Below, one piece after another: positions 12,611 to 24,225 of a stretch of DNA of 64,000 nucleotides (positions are counted from its first letter, which is position 1; the number at the start of each line of letters is the position of its first letter). The notes under the pieces are model-generated. The model worked only from the letters and a program-made list of their open reading frames with translations, did not search any database and had not been told where the DNA came from. Origin of the DNA: Cyanophora paradoxa CCMP329. Lineage: Eukaryota; Plantae; Glaucophyta. The stretch spans positions 227,591-291,590 of the forward strand of contig QPMI01000099.1 of NCBI GenBank assembly GCA_004431415.1. The letters are read 5' to 3'. A program made the translations under genes and the position numbers.

Positions 12611-14812
12611 TATCATCACTAGAATTGATCATGATGCACGAGCTCGAGCGCTCAGCGGCTGGTCCGGGCCCGACGGTCCGTACTACGCGCTACGCGTACG
12701 ACGGGGCCTGAGGCCAATCCGCCCGGCCCGCGCTACGCGTACGACGGGGCCTGAGGCCAATCTGCCCGGCCCGTGGCCGGACGGGAACTGCTATTGAATC
12801 CGGCTGGGACTTGGCCCCATGGATGGAGTCGAGTGAAGGGCCAGGCCCTGAGGGCATTTTCATGCGCGTCTCAGTCTGAACTGCGGCTGAAGGCCCCTTT
12901 GTTATATTTAATTAGGCTCCGGATCGTCGTTACGTGAATTCCGAGCGTGCATTAGTTTAATTCAGGATTTCTGCGGAGCTGCTAATTGTAACATGCCACA
13001 AACGCTAGCGATCGACGAATCGCCGACGATATCGATGCGGGGGATTAGCGCTAATCGCCCCCCTCGATATTCTGCAGAATTCGAAGATTCTTTAATAATG
13101 GAGTTCCTGGCCTAAAAAAAGTAACATTATTAATATTCAAGCACGTGGGCGATATCGATGGGCCAGCACTGATCCAGCAGCCGGTCGCTGACCCGTGCCG
13201 GCGCCGCCGGGGCCGTGCGGCATGCATATGCATATATATCATCACTAGAATTGATCATGATGCACGAGCTCGAGCGCTCAGCGGCTGGTCCGGGCCCGAC
13301 GGTCCCATATGTTAAAATTGTTTAAACCGTGAACGAGTCACACTGAGTGCGCGGCGTACGTATACGTACTACGCGCTACGCGTACGACGGGGCCTGAGGC
13401 CAATCCGCCCGGCCCGCGGCCGGACGGGAACTGCTATTGAATCCGGCTGGGACTTGGCCCCATGGAGTCGAGTGAAGGGCCAGGCCCTGAGGGCATTTTC
13501 ATGCGCGTCTCAGTCTGAACTGCGGCTGAAGGCCCCTTTGTTATATTTAATTAGGCTCCGGATCGTCGTGAATTCCGAGCGTGCATTAGTTTAATTCAGG
13601 ATTTCTGCGGAGCTGCTAATTGTAACATGCCACAAACGCTAGCGACGATGCGGGGGATTAGCGCTAATCTCCCCCCTCGATATTCTGCAGAATTCAAAGA
13701 TCCTTTAATAATGGAGTTCCTGGCCTAAAAAAAGTAACATTATTGATATTCAAGCACGTGGGCGATATCGATGGGCCAGCACTGATCCAGCAGCCGGTCG
13801 CTGACCCGTGCCGGCGCCGCCGGGGCCGTGCGGCATGCATATGCATATATATCATCACTAGAATTGATCATGATCCACGAGCTCGAGCGCTCAGCGGCTG
13901 GTCCGGGCCCGACGGTCCCATATGTTAAAATTGTTTAAACCGTGAACGAGTCACACTGAGTGCGCGGCGTACGTATACGTACTACGCGCTACGCGTACGA
14001 CGGGGCCTGAGGCCAATCGATATCCGCCCGGCCCGCGGCCGGACGGGAACTGCTATTGAATCCGGCTGGGACTTGGCCCCATGGAGTCGAGTGAAGGGCC
14101 AGGCCCTGAGGGCATTTTCATGCGCGTCTCAGTCTGAACTGCGGCTGAAGGCCCCTTTGTTATATTTAATTAGGCTCCGGATCGTCGTGAATTCCGAGCG
14201 TGCATTAGTTTAATTCAGGATTTCTGCGGAGCTGCTAATTGTAACATGCCACAAACGCTAGCGACGATGCGGGGGATTAGCGCTAATCTCCCCCCTCGAT
14301 ATTCTGCAGAATTCAAAGATCCTTTAATAATGGAGTTCCTGGCCTAAAAAAAGTAACATTATTAATATTCAAGCACGTGGGCGATATCGATGGGCCAGCA
14401 CTGATCCAGCAGCCGGTCGCTGACCCGTGCCGGCGCCGCCGGGGCCGTGCGGCATGCATATGCATATATATCATCACTAGAATTGATCATGATGCACGAG
14501 CTCGAGCGCTCAGCGGCTGGTCCGGGCCCGACGGTCCCATATGTTAAAATTGTTTAAACCGTGAACGAGTCACACTGAGTGCGCGGCGTACGTATACGTA
14601 CTACGCGCTACGCGTACGACGGGGCCTGAGGCCAATCCGCCCGGCCCGCGGCCGGACGGGAACTGCTATTGAATCCGGCTGGGACTTGGCCCCATGGAGT
14701 CGAGTGAAGGGCCAGGCCCTGAGGGCATTTTCATGCGCGTCTCAGTCTGAACTGCGGCTGAAGGCCCCTTTGTTATATTTAATTAGGCTCCGGATCGTCG
14801 TTACGTGAATTC

Positions 14813-15933
14813 AACCTTGCCTCCCGATGCCGATCCGTCCCTTGTCCATGTGTCTCGGCGCCTGCGGCTTTCCTCTCCTGTACCTTCGGCTTCCCCTCTG
14901 GCTGTCCCGCCAGATCCACCTCGCCCGCCGGTTCCTGCATGGCCCCCTTTGATTCATGATAGTCTTGTATCAATCTTCGCTTCACCTCAACTTAGTTTAC
15001 CCTCAGTTGTTTTGCCGTCACCTCCATCAGATGCTTCACTGAGTCATCGATGTTAGTTAGGAGCACTGGCCCCCTCCACCTTCCAGTTCCTCGTGTATTC
15101 CATGCCTTCCCTGTACCTTTGATTCCGTTCCCTTTGTCGTTAGCTCTGCCTCTTCCTCCTCCATCTCTCACTGTTAGCCCTCAGGCAGTTCCGCCTCTTT
15201 ATCTTCAGCGACCGTCAGACCGTATAGTTTTTGGCAGCGAGTATTTTGTGTATGGTGACGTTCCTCGTGTGTACCCTTCTCTCTCTTCTACTTCGCTATA
15301 TTTGCCTCTCCCGCCTGGTTCAGCCCCATCGTCTGCCTTCCCTGTCACTACTGGCTTGCGTTTCGCCCCTCCTCTTATACTGCCGATTCCGAGTCTGCAC
15401 CCGAGCTCTGCCCCTTTCCTCGTGTCGTCCCCAGTTCCTCAGATTAGTCTTCAGCCGTCCATTGTTTTACCAACTCTACAATCTCGATTCCGTTTAGACA
15501 CTCCGCCAGCTTCGACTTTCCCCTCTAGTGGTGTCCTCCGTTTCGCTTCTCCTACTGTTCTACCGCCTTTGCCTCCTGCGACTACGTCTTCTAGTTCTGC
15601 TGTTAGCTCTGTCTTGTCGTCTTCGTCTAGATCTTCGTCTTCGACTGTAGTTCCTCGTGCTCGTTCTCCTTATTTGCTGCGTCCCCGTGCTCCTCGTCGT
15701 TCTAGTGTGACTAGTACTTCTGTGTCGACGCCCTTGCGCTCTTCTACTCCTTCTCCTCGTGCTCGTTCTCCTTATCTTTTGCGTTCTTCTGATCGTGTCC
15801 CTTCTCGTGCTCCCTCTTGATTCTGTATATATTTTGTGCTAGTTTACTGTATCTTTGATTTGTGATTGCTTTGTTGTCTTTAATATCACTACCTACGGGG
15901 GGTTCGCCCCACCGTAGTCTCTCAAAAAAAAAA
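14813..15933 (+). mobile_element. 5'-truncated poly(A) non-LTR retroposon copy
   Basis: A10 tail at 15924-15933. TSD GTCGTTACGTGAATTC at 14797-14812 and 15934-15949. Nearly identical to 18305-19421. Confidence 0.9.
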
Positions 15934-16859
15934 GTCGTTACGTGAATTCCGAGCGTGCATTAGTTTAATTCAGGATTTCTGCGGAGCTGGTAATTGTAAC
16001 ATGCCACAAACGCTAGCGACGATGCGGGGGATTAGCGCTAATCTCCCCCCTCGATATTCTGCAGATTTCGAAGATCTATTTTTAATAATGGAGTTCCTGG
16101 CCCAAAACATGCAAGAATCTTCAAGCTTCTGAAAGAACGAGGCTCTCTTGCGACTGAACAAAGATAAGCTATGAAGACCGTCCACAGTGGAAGGTGCGAC
16201 GGCAATGTATGGCACTGGAACGTTAACGGCAGCACCCCCGCAAGGATCGGAAAGTATTAATGCGCGCCCGGGAATATACACTTCAAATGATGGCCATGGT
16301 GCTAATGTCTCCCGTTTGTGTGGTGTATACGTACAATCTCTAACAACCTTCGATGTGTGGTGTATACGTAAGCCTGCCGATAGTGCTTCGAACAACTGCT
16401 GCCGCTTCTGCGTAGACTGCTGCTGCTGTTGCATTCGTTGCCGCTCAGCGGCTGCTATTTTCCGATTGGTGTTGTTGTTTCTGCTGCGAATCTTTCAGCC
16501 GGGCGCACTTGTCGGATCCGGAGGCTAGGCCCGCGGCACTGGCTCGGGAAACATATCCTGGATGGCGGCCTGAGCTTCTAAGACCTCCTCGAGACACCCG
16601 CAGTCGACGTCTTCGTCTGCGCCGTGGTCGCGTTTCAGCCAGCGCTCCTCATGCGTGTCGTCCCGTATCTCGAACTCCACATGCACGGCGACCTCCGATC
16701 GCAAGCCTTGTAGAATCTGTGATGATTCGAAGGCCTTGGCATATAATCACAAAGTTCAACGGAATCGTCTATGTAAATATGAAGGAGAGATCTAGAGGCG
16801 TGAATTAGATTAAGCGTATAGGTTAAGAATTCGAATCATCATTTCGCTTCAGCTTGAAT

Positions 16860-19800
16860 TTAAACTTTCAGGCTTCGAACCTGGAAAGGCCGGGCATAGT
16901 CCAGAGCGCGAAAGCAGGTTTCATTGTTGTGCCGCGCTTCGCACGCGATGCGAAGTCGCTCGAGGGACGGCAGCTGCAGGATCGCCTCCGCGACAGACTC
17001 CACCAGCCGGCCGCCGTACACGAGGTTCATGTCAAGGTCCGTGATGGCGTTCCGCACGCCAGCACTCCTGAGCAGGTCGACGATGCAATCGTACTCGTCC
17101 GGATTGTCACCAGCCCAGAGCATGTCCTTCTTAAACGACAGCCTGAGCCTCTCCAGATTGGGCAAGCTGGAGAGCTGCTGCGCGATGGCATCGAGGATTC
17201 GGACGTCGTGCACGTGTTTATCGTCTATCTCGATTCCAACCACCAAAGAAAGCTCTCGCAGGCTCTGCATGCGCCCCAGGATTGAAACGAACTTGAATTG
17301 CGCTTTCGAATGCCATCCATCCCAACAGAGCTGCGCGCGCATGCGCAATTGCAATTGAGTTACTTCAGTTACGTATACTTCTGGCCACCTCAACCCAACA
17401 TATGCATGCATATATTTGGTATACGTATACGTTTATCAAATCCGATAATTTACTTGCTGAGCGGGTACCAGTGTACTCCGTTAATGCTCTGCTAAACCTG
17501 TGGAAACGTTTTCTGGATATTCTCGAGATTACGTTGCCTCCTGCTGTCGAGCGCATTGAGCTTCTTCGTTTACGGCATTTAGGGGAGGGCTCTGATTACG
17601 ATGGTTCAAACCCTGAGTCACGTGACCGCCCTAGCCCCCCTCAATCTATTTTTGATGCGAGCTTCTTTTCTGTGCGCGGAGCTATCCCTCTACAGCGCTC
17701 GGGCCCCCCAGCAGTCGCGGTCCCGGGCCCCCCTGCAGTCGCTACCCCTAGGCCTGCTGCTACAGTTAATGGCGTCGGCGTGAATCCTCAAGTTCAGCAC
17801 ATTGCGAGGCCATCTGCTAGCGCTGATACAGCTTCGGTCCCGGCTCCCTCGAGTTCTCGTTTGAGCTCGTCTGCCGATGCTAGCGCTAGCGCCGCTTCTG
17901 CCTCCACATTAATATGCCCTATTTGTGGGAAGAACTTTCAGTCTTCTGCTGATCGTGACCGTCATGTTCGGGCTGATAAACATCCTGCTAACGCCCGTGG
18001 CGTTCGCCGACCTCGAACCCCCTCTAGTTCAGAGAATCCTCCAGATCCTGTGCCTCCTGCCCAGCGCCCCCGCCTCCAGTCTCCGGATCCGGCACCCCCA
18101 GTGCTTGCTCCAGCTCCTGCAGCTGCGGCTACATATGCCGAGCCCCGTCAGCCTAGGCCTGTTCCGACTTTGCGACGGATTCGCTCCCCTGCACCCTCAC
18201 CGTCGCCACCTGCTCAGCGGCTCCGTACTTCCCTGCCCCCCCCTAGTCCTTCTCTGATACCTTCCGTTTCACGAATCCGCCGCCCCCGGTCTCCGTCGAA
18301 CTCGGAATTCAACCTTGCCTCCCGATGCCGATCCGTCCCTTGTCCATGTGTCTCGGCGCCTGCGGCTTTCCTCTCCTGTACCTTCGGCTTCCCCTCTGGC
18401 TGTCCCGCCAGATCCACCTCGCCCGCCGGTTCCTGCATGGCCCCCTTTGATTCATGATAGTCTTGTATCAATCTTCGCTTCACCTCAACTTAGTTTACCC
18501 TCAGTTGTTTTGCCGTCACCTCCATCAGATGCTTCATCGATGTTAGTTAGGAGCACTGGCCCCTCCACCTTCCAGTTCCTCGTGTATTCCATGCCTTCCC
18601 TGTACCTTTGATTCCGTTCCCTTTGTCGTTAGCTCTGCCTCTTCCTCCTCCATCTCTCACTGTTAGCCCTCAGGCAGTTCCGCCTCTTTATCTTCAGCGA
18701 CCGTCAGACCGTATAGTTTTTGGCAGCGAGTATTTTGTGTATGGTGACGTTCCTCGTGTGTACCCTTCTCTCTCTTCTACTTCGCTATATTTGCCTCTCC
18801 CGCCTGGTTCAGCCCCATCGTCTGCCTTCCCTGTCACTACTGGCTTGCGTTTCGCCCCTCCTCTTATACTGCCGATTCCGAGTCTGCACCCGAGCTCTGC
18901 CCCTTTCCTCGTGTCGTCCCCAGTTCCTCAGATTAGTCTTCAGCCGTCCATTGTTTTACCAACTCTACAATCTCGATTCCGTTTAGACACTCCGCCAGCT
19001 TCGACTTTCCCCTCTAGTGGTGTCCTCCGTTTCGCTTCTCCTACTGTTCTACCGCCTTTGCCTCCTGCGACTACGTCTTCTAGTTCTGCTGTTAGCTCTG
19101 TCTTGTCGTCTTCGTCTAGATCTTCGTCTTCGACTGTAGTTCCTCGTGCTCGTTCTCCTTATTTGCTGCGTCCCCGTGCTCCTCGTCGTTCTAGTGTGAC
19201 TAGTACTTCTGTGTCGACGCCCTTGCGCTCTTCTACTCCTTCTCCTCGTGCTCGTTCTCCTTATCTTTTGCGTTCTTCTGATCGTGTCCCTTCTCGTGCT
19301 CCCTCTTGATTCTGTATATATTTTGTGCTAGTTTACTGTATCTTTGATTTGTGATTGCTTTGTTGTCTTTAATATCACTACCTACGGGGGGTTCGCCCCA
19401 CCGTAGTCTCTCAAAAAAAAATCTATAATATAGCGTTAATATGAATTTATAAAACCTCAAATTCGCACCTCCAGCGTCCCGATCGACTCGAGCTTCGGCA
19501 TGCGGCTGATCGCCTCCAAAGCATTCGCAGCGTCGTGAGGGACGACTGCGGTGCAATTGGGAGCAGGCCACGGGGCCTCTCCACGTTTCCTCAAGCGCGG
19601 AAATTGGCCCTCCCTGCTCGTGCCGTTGTGTAAGTATTTACGTATACGTTGATTACCATAACGGATTCGGCTTGCACACCTCACCAGCATCCGTTCGCTC
19701 ACGAAATCAACACGACGAAGGGTCTTGCCGGCGGCGCCATCCGCAAGCGCTTGTACGCCGCCAAAAAGCTCGAAATTGGATGAGTACGAATCCATTAGAG

Positions 19801-20845
19801 TCATGGTCAGCTGCTCAAGATGCTTTAAAGGAGCAAAGGCCGCTAGCGGCTCGTCTGGATATTGAGGATCCGAACTCGGGGCAAGGCTGGTCGTGACGGA
19901 GCGCAGGAGGGGACAAGCTGCAGCGATGGCCGCTGCGGCTTCTGGTCCCATGCCGGAGTCGAGAATGTTGAAGTAGATCGTGAGAGACTGCAGCTTGCTG
20001 AACGGAGCGAGGACGCAAGCAAGCTCGGCGGCCGACGGCCACAGCAACCTTGCCGCGAGATGAGCTTCGCGATCGTTGTATAGGTTGATTGGATTTTCCA
20101 TGTCTCCCGTGAGACCGATGCTGAGCTTCTCCAGGCTGCTGGCTACTGGCGCCGCCCCTGCTGGCCTCGAATTCAGAGCCCGCAGGACGCCAAGGAGGCA
20201 GTCGGAGAGAAAGCTCGCATCCACATAATCATCGATAGCAACATCGCTGTTGCTCACGAAGCTGGCGCGCCCGCCGATCAGCTCCAGAGTGACCTCCCGC
20301 AGCTGCGCTGGGCCGTACGTGCGGCTGATCATGATGGTTTCCAGAAGGCTGCACGCCGCCTGGACAGTGCGCTGGTGGCTCTGCTTGGCTGCGGTGGAGG
20401 CGGTGCCGAAGTACGCGAGCCTGGGGCGGAGCGCGACGCTGGCGCCCTTGCCGAGCCGCACCACCCCCTGCTCGATCAGAGAGGCCACTGCGCTGTATGC
20501 ATCGACGATATCGATATCGCCCGAGCTCGAGCTGCCGCGGCCGCTGGCGTCGACGTCACCGCCCACAGGTTTCGACGTGAGCTCGAGGTTGGCCCACTCC
20601 GTCTCCTCGATCATCCGGCGCCACCGCCTGCGAGCGTGTAAATTTGAAATTCGGTGTATCGGTTTATAAATATTGGAGGCTAGCTATAGGGCGCCGGCGG
20701 ACCTGCACACGGCGCGCAGGGGCCAGCTCTCCGGCATCCCGAGCGCGTTGAAAACGCTCCCGAAGAGGGCGTCGGGCAGCACGTCCATAGCCACGTGCAC
20801 GCCCGCCGGCCCCGCCGGATCGGGATCAGGCTGGGGCGGGGCCTG
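16860..20845 (-). CDS. F-box/LRR-like protein, spliced and interrupted by the retroposon
   Basis: MDVLPDALFGSVFNALGMPESWPLRAVCR|RWRRMIEETEW across GT-AG intron 20628-20702 (F-box). LRR-like segments LEKLSI, LQSLTI, CPLLRSV, LEQLTM in 19457..20614 continue as LRELSL, LPNLERLRL in 16860..17300. Confidence 0.75.
17450..19421 (+). mobile_element. longer copy of the same poly(A) retroposon, encoding a C2H2 Zn finger and a Pro/Ser-rich region, inserted antisense in the F-box/LRR gene (5' boundary approximate)
   Basis: CPICGKNFQSSADRDRHVRADKH in ORF 17402..18457; 3' hairpin 19382-19406; A9 tail 19413-19421. No clean TSD recognised. Confidence 0.75.
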
Positions 20846-22236
20846 TGGCGGCCTCGACCGTTAGCTAGAGATTACGCCGCGGCCGCATGCGCAGGCAGAG
20901 AAAAGCGCTGAGAAACTTTTTTATAATTACGCCAGTCGGCTCACTTCGACGCCTGAACGTGGCGTTGGATTCATGTCACCGACATGAAGCTCGTCGTATG
21001 ACGTCGACGCTCCCACGTGCACGACTGCGGCCGACTGCTGTGCCACTGCCGCAGCGAGCGTCCCCTCGAGTTTGCAATTGGACCCCTTCGAAGCTTGCTC
21101 CAATCGCAATTCTGCCGCCGGCGTTCGCGGCCGCTTTCCGAGCGAGAACGATACATCGTTCTCGGGTAGCGCGTTCAGAGCTGGCGTCGACGTCTGCGGC
21201 TGTCCGGCCACACCGATTATTTTGCGCGACAAGTCGTAGATCTAGATTTAGATCTAGAGGCTAGCTAGAGCTCGAGTTTAATTTGCGTGGGTTCGAATTA
21301 TTCACTGGCCATCATCTCATGATCAAGCGCACCTCGACACCCGCGGCCGATTGCGAGACTGACGTAAGTGCCGATCGCGACCCGCCGGGCCCGGCAGCAT
21401 GAAATCCAAGCCATGCCAGGCTGCAGGACGACGCAAATTTGATGATGCTCCCTAGCTTGCTCTGCGGTCCCTTGAATTTATATATCGATATCCGTGTATA
21501 AAATAAACGAATCGCACCCGAATCGTAGCGAGCGCGCCCAGTGCCGGCGCCGATTGCTGCGCATGCGCATATGCATGCGCCGCCGGCGCCGGCGCCGCCT
21601 TCAAGTCGCCGATCGCGACCGGGTGCGCATGCACGCGATCCACGGCCGCCTGCTACGATTTCAGCGGCTTAAGCTTCCGTTTCGCATCTTCCGCATATAT
21701 CGAGACATTTGAGATCTAGAGCGAGCTCGAGGCACCACCTAACCATGAGATCGCTTAAAGCTTTTTATAATTAGCTTACATCTCGCAAATGAGTTTCGAT
21801 CGGAAGGCGCGCGCCCGTATGAAGGTTGTCAACTGCACATGCCTGCACGAGAAAGCTCACGATTCGATTCTTCCGACTTTCGAAGAGGCTGCGCACCGCA
21901 ACGCGAGCGGGACTCGCCCGCGCCCGCTTCAAAGGCTTTTCTGCACGCTCTCCCGACGACGACATGCATATAAATGAGCGGCGTGGATCGAGCTCTGCGC
22001 GACTCGATGATTCAAGATCACAATTGCAATCAGCAGAATTTGGATTCGGATTCTATAGAGACGCATGCGCATACGCACCAGGCGTACAGCTGAGCGCTCT
22101 GAGTCGATTTTTCACGCTCTGACTGAGCGCGCTGGGTGATCGACTTTGATCGATCGAATTCCGGGATCCCGCCGCTTTGTTCTCCTCTTAAGCTTTTTCG
22201 AATTTTAGCGGAAGTTTCTCGAGCTCTCCTCGATTA

Positions 22237-23862
22237 ACTAGCAGACCGCGCCCGGCCGTGTGCAAGTGCGGCAAGTGCGGGCCGCGCGCGGAGGTGCAAG
22301 GGGGGGTACTTGTACAAATTCAGGGTTGGAATACAGGGTACAGGGGCGGCGGGCCCGGAAGCAGGTGGACCGGCAGGTGGCGCCGGGCCCCCGGCCCTGC
22401 ACACCGCCTAGGCCTGCGCAGAGAGGCGTAAGCTCGCCCCGGACAGCGGCGGCGCCGGGGCTGGGCCCAGCGGCGGCGGCCGGGTGAGGTGCACGTGTGC
22501 AGCAGCGGCGGCGGGGCGAACCTGGAGTCGACGAACCCGAGGCAGAGGGCGGGGCGGCGGGCCCGGAAGCAGGCGGACCGGCAGGTGGCGCCGGGCCCCC
22601 GGCCCTGCACACCGCCTAGGCCTGCGCAGAGCCGAGGCGTCAGCTCGCCCCGGACAGCGGCGGCGCCGGGGCTGGGCCCAGCGGCGGCGGCCGGGTGAGG
22701 TGCACGTGTGCAGCAGCAGCGGCGGGGCGAACCTGGAGTCGATGAAGCCGAGGCAGAGGGCGGGGCGGCGGGCCCGGAAGCAGGCGGACCAGCAGGTGGC
22801 GCGGCCCTGCACACAGCCTAGGCCTGCGCAGAGAGGCGTCAGCTCGCCCCGGACAGCGGCGGCGCCGGGGCTGGGCCCAGCGGCGGCGGCTGGGTGAGGT
22901 GCACGTGTGCAGCAGCGGCGGCGGGGCGAACCTGGAGTCGACGAAGCCGAGGCAGCGGGCGGGGCGGCGGAGCTCGCCCCGCCGCGGACAGCGGCGGCGC
23001 GGGGGCGAGGTCCAACCCGGCGCGGAGTACTTGGAGCAACTCCGCCACCATCTGCTACAGAGCGCCGGCCGCGGGTCAAGATACGCGCGCGTGGCGCCGA
23101 GGAGTGCGCGAGGCGCCCGAGCGGGCAAGCGCGTCGTAGCCGCGCGGGCAAGCTGAAGCAGCGGGCAGAGCGGATGGCAGAGCGGACAGCCGGACAGCCT
23201 GCGCAGCCTGCGGATCGGCAGAGCCGGACAGCCTGCGCAGCGCCGAGACGTCACGTCAGCGCGCCCAGGGCGAGGCCCAGCCCGGCACGGCATGGCAGGA
23301 CTTGCTCACGAGTGCATTTGCGAAGCGAAGTGCTTGCCGCAACGGATGGCAGCCGCGCGGGTCGGAGCGCGGTTCCGAACACAGCTGGTACTCCTCTTCT
23401 TCAACTCCGCGCGCGGAACCAAGCTCTAAATCTCGGCCTCCGGATCCGCGCCGTGCCATGTGCAAAGCAGCTGTTTCCTGTACCCAGCAAAAACTCAAAC
23501 TCTCAGGAGTTTGTGGCAGATCGAGTCTCGGACTGGCAAGTACAAAGGTACTTGACGCGGCCTAGCACGCCGCGCGCCTCTTGTCGAGCCCATGCATGTA
23601 TGACAAAGTTTGAAAAGCTCATTGAGAGCAATCAGGAGCACGTGGTCCGGCGCTTATAGCAAAAGCTGGTGAGGTGCTATCTCAACATGTTTGCACAGCC
23701 CCGCCGGTGCATTTTTTTCGGTCGCTCGCAGCGGCTACCATGCGATCACACCTATACGAGAGCGCATGCAAAGAATCTCATCTTAGAAAAATTGCTAACA
23801 CGGAAAGTACGCCGCACCAATTCACCAGGGGAGCAAGGGAGGGGTACCCCCCCTTGCAATTA
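22237..23862 (-). mobile_element. Helentron-associated non-autonomous element (HINE/DINE-1-like) with internal tandem repeats
   Basis: Subterminal inverted TGCAAGGGGGG at 22295 and its complement at 23847-23858; short inner IR GCAAGGG at 23833; GC hairpin then CTAGT end at 22237-22241. Confidence 0.6.
22343..23000. repeat. ~205-bp GC-rich tandem repeat, ~3.2 copies
   Basis: GGGGCGGCGGGCCCGGAAGCAGG recurs at ~22343, 22551 and 22761; partial copy at 22961. Confidence 0.9.
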
Positions 23863-24225
23863 TCACACTCTCTAGCTATCACCCCTCCGAGGGGCTCGAG
23901 CTCCCCTGGCGGGCGCCCCTCGACCCCTCGACTTTGTGGGAATGGGGGCGCGTGCAGTGCTTCATGATCAAGGCTTGCGGAGGAGCCTCCCGGCCCCGGG
24001 GCGCCACACGAAGCACGCGGGTGCTCCTCCCCCTCCCCTCCCCCCTCCCTGCGCATGCTGGGCCACCCTGCTGGGCGGCGAGGAAGCCAGCTGCAGCTTA
24101 GGCCGGGAAAGTCTGACGGAACCCTTGTCATTGGATGCTATCACTACCCACCTACACTACCTACTGAAAGATATCCATTATGGCCATGACGAACGTGTCC
24201 CAGTTCAGTTGCTGGCAGCCGTGCA

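Larger units (their letters stand above)
11395..16110. repeat. tandem array of a ~620-bp unit (5 full copies + 1 partial)
   Basis: Anchor TCAGGATTTCTG at 11395, 12110, 12962, 13596, 14215 and 15970; length differences are explained by insertions. Confidence 0.95.

Noticed and set aside
11395-16434. ORFs within the 620-bp array
   Set aside because: Frames are not conserved between units; frequent frame-breaking indels.
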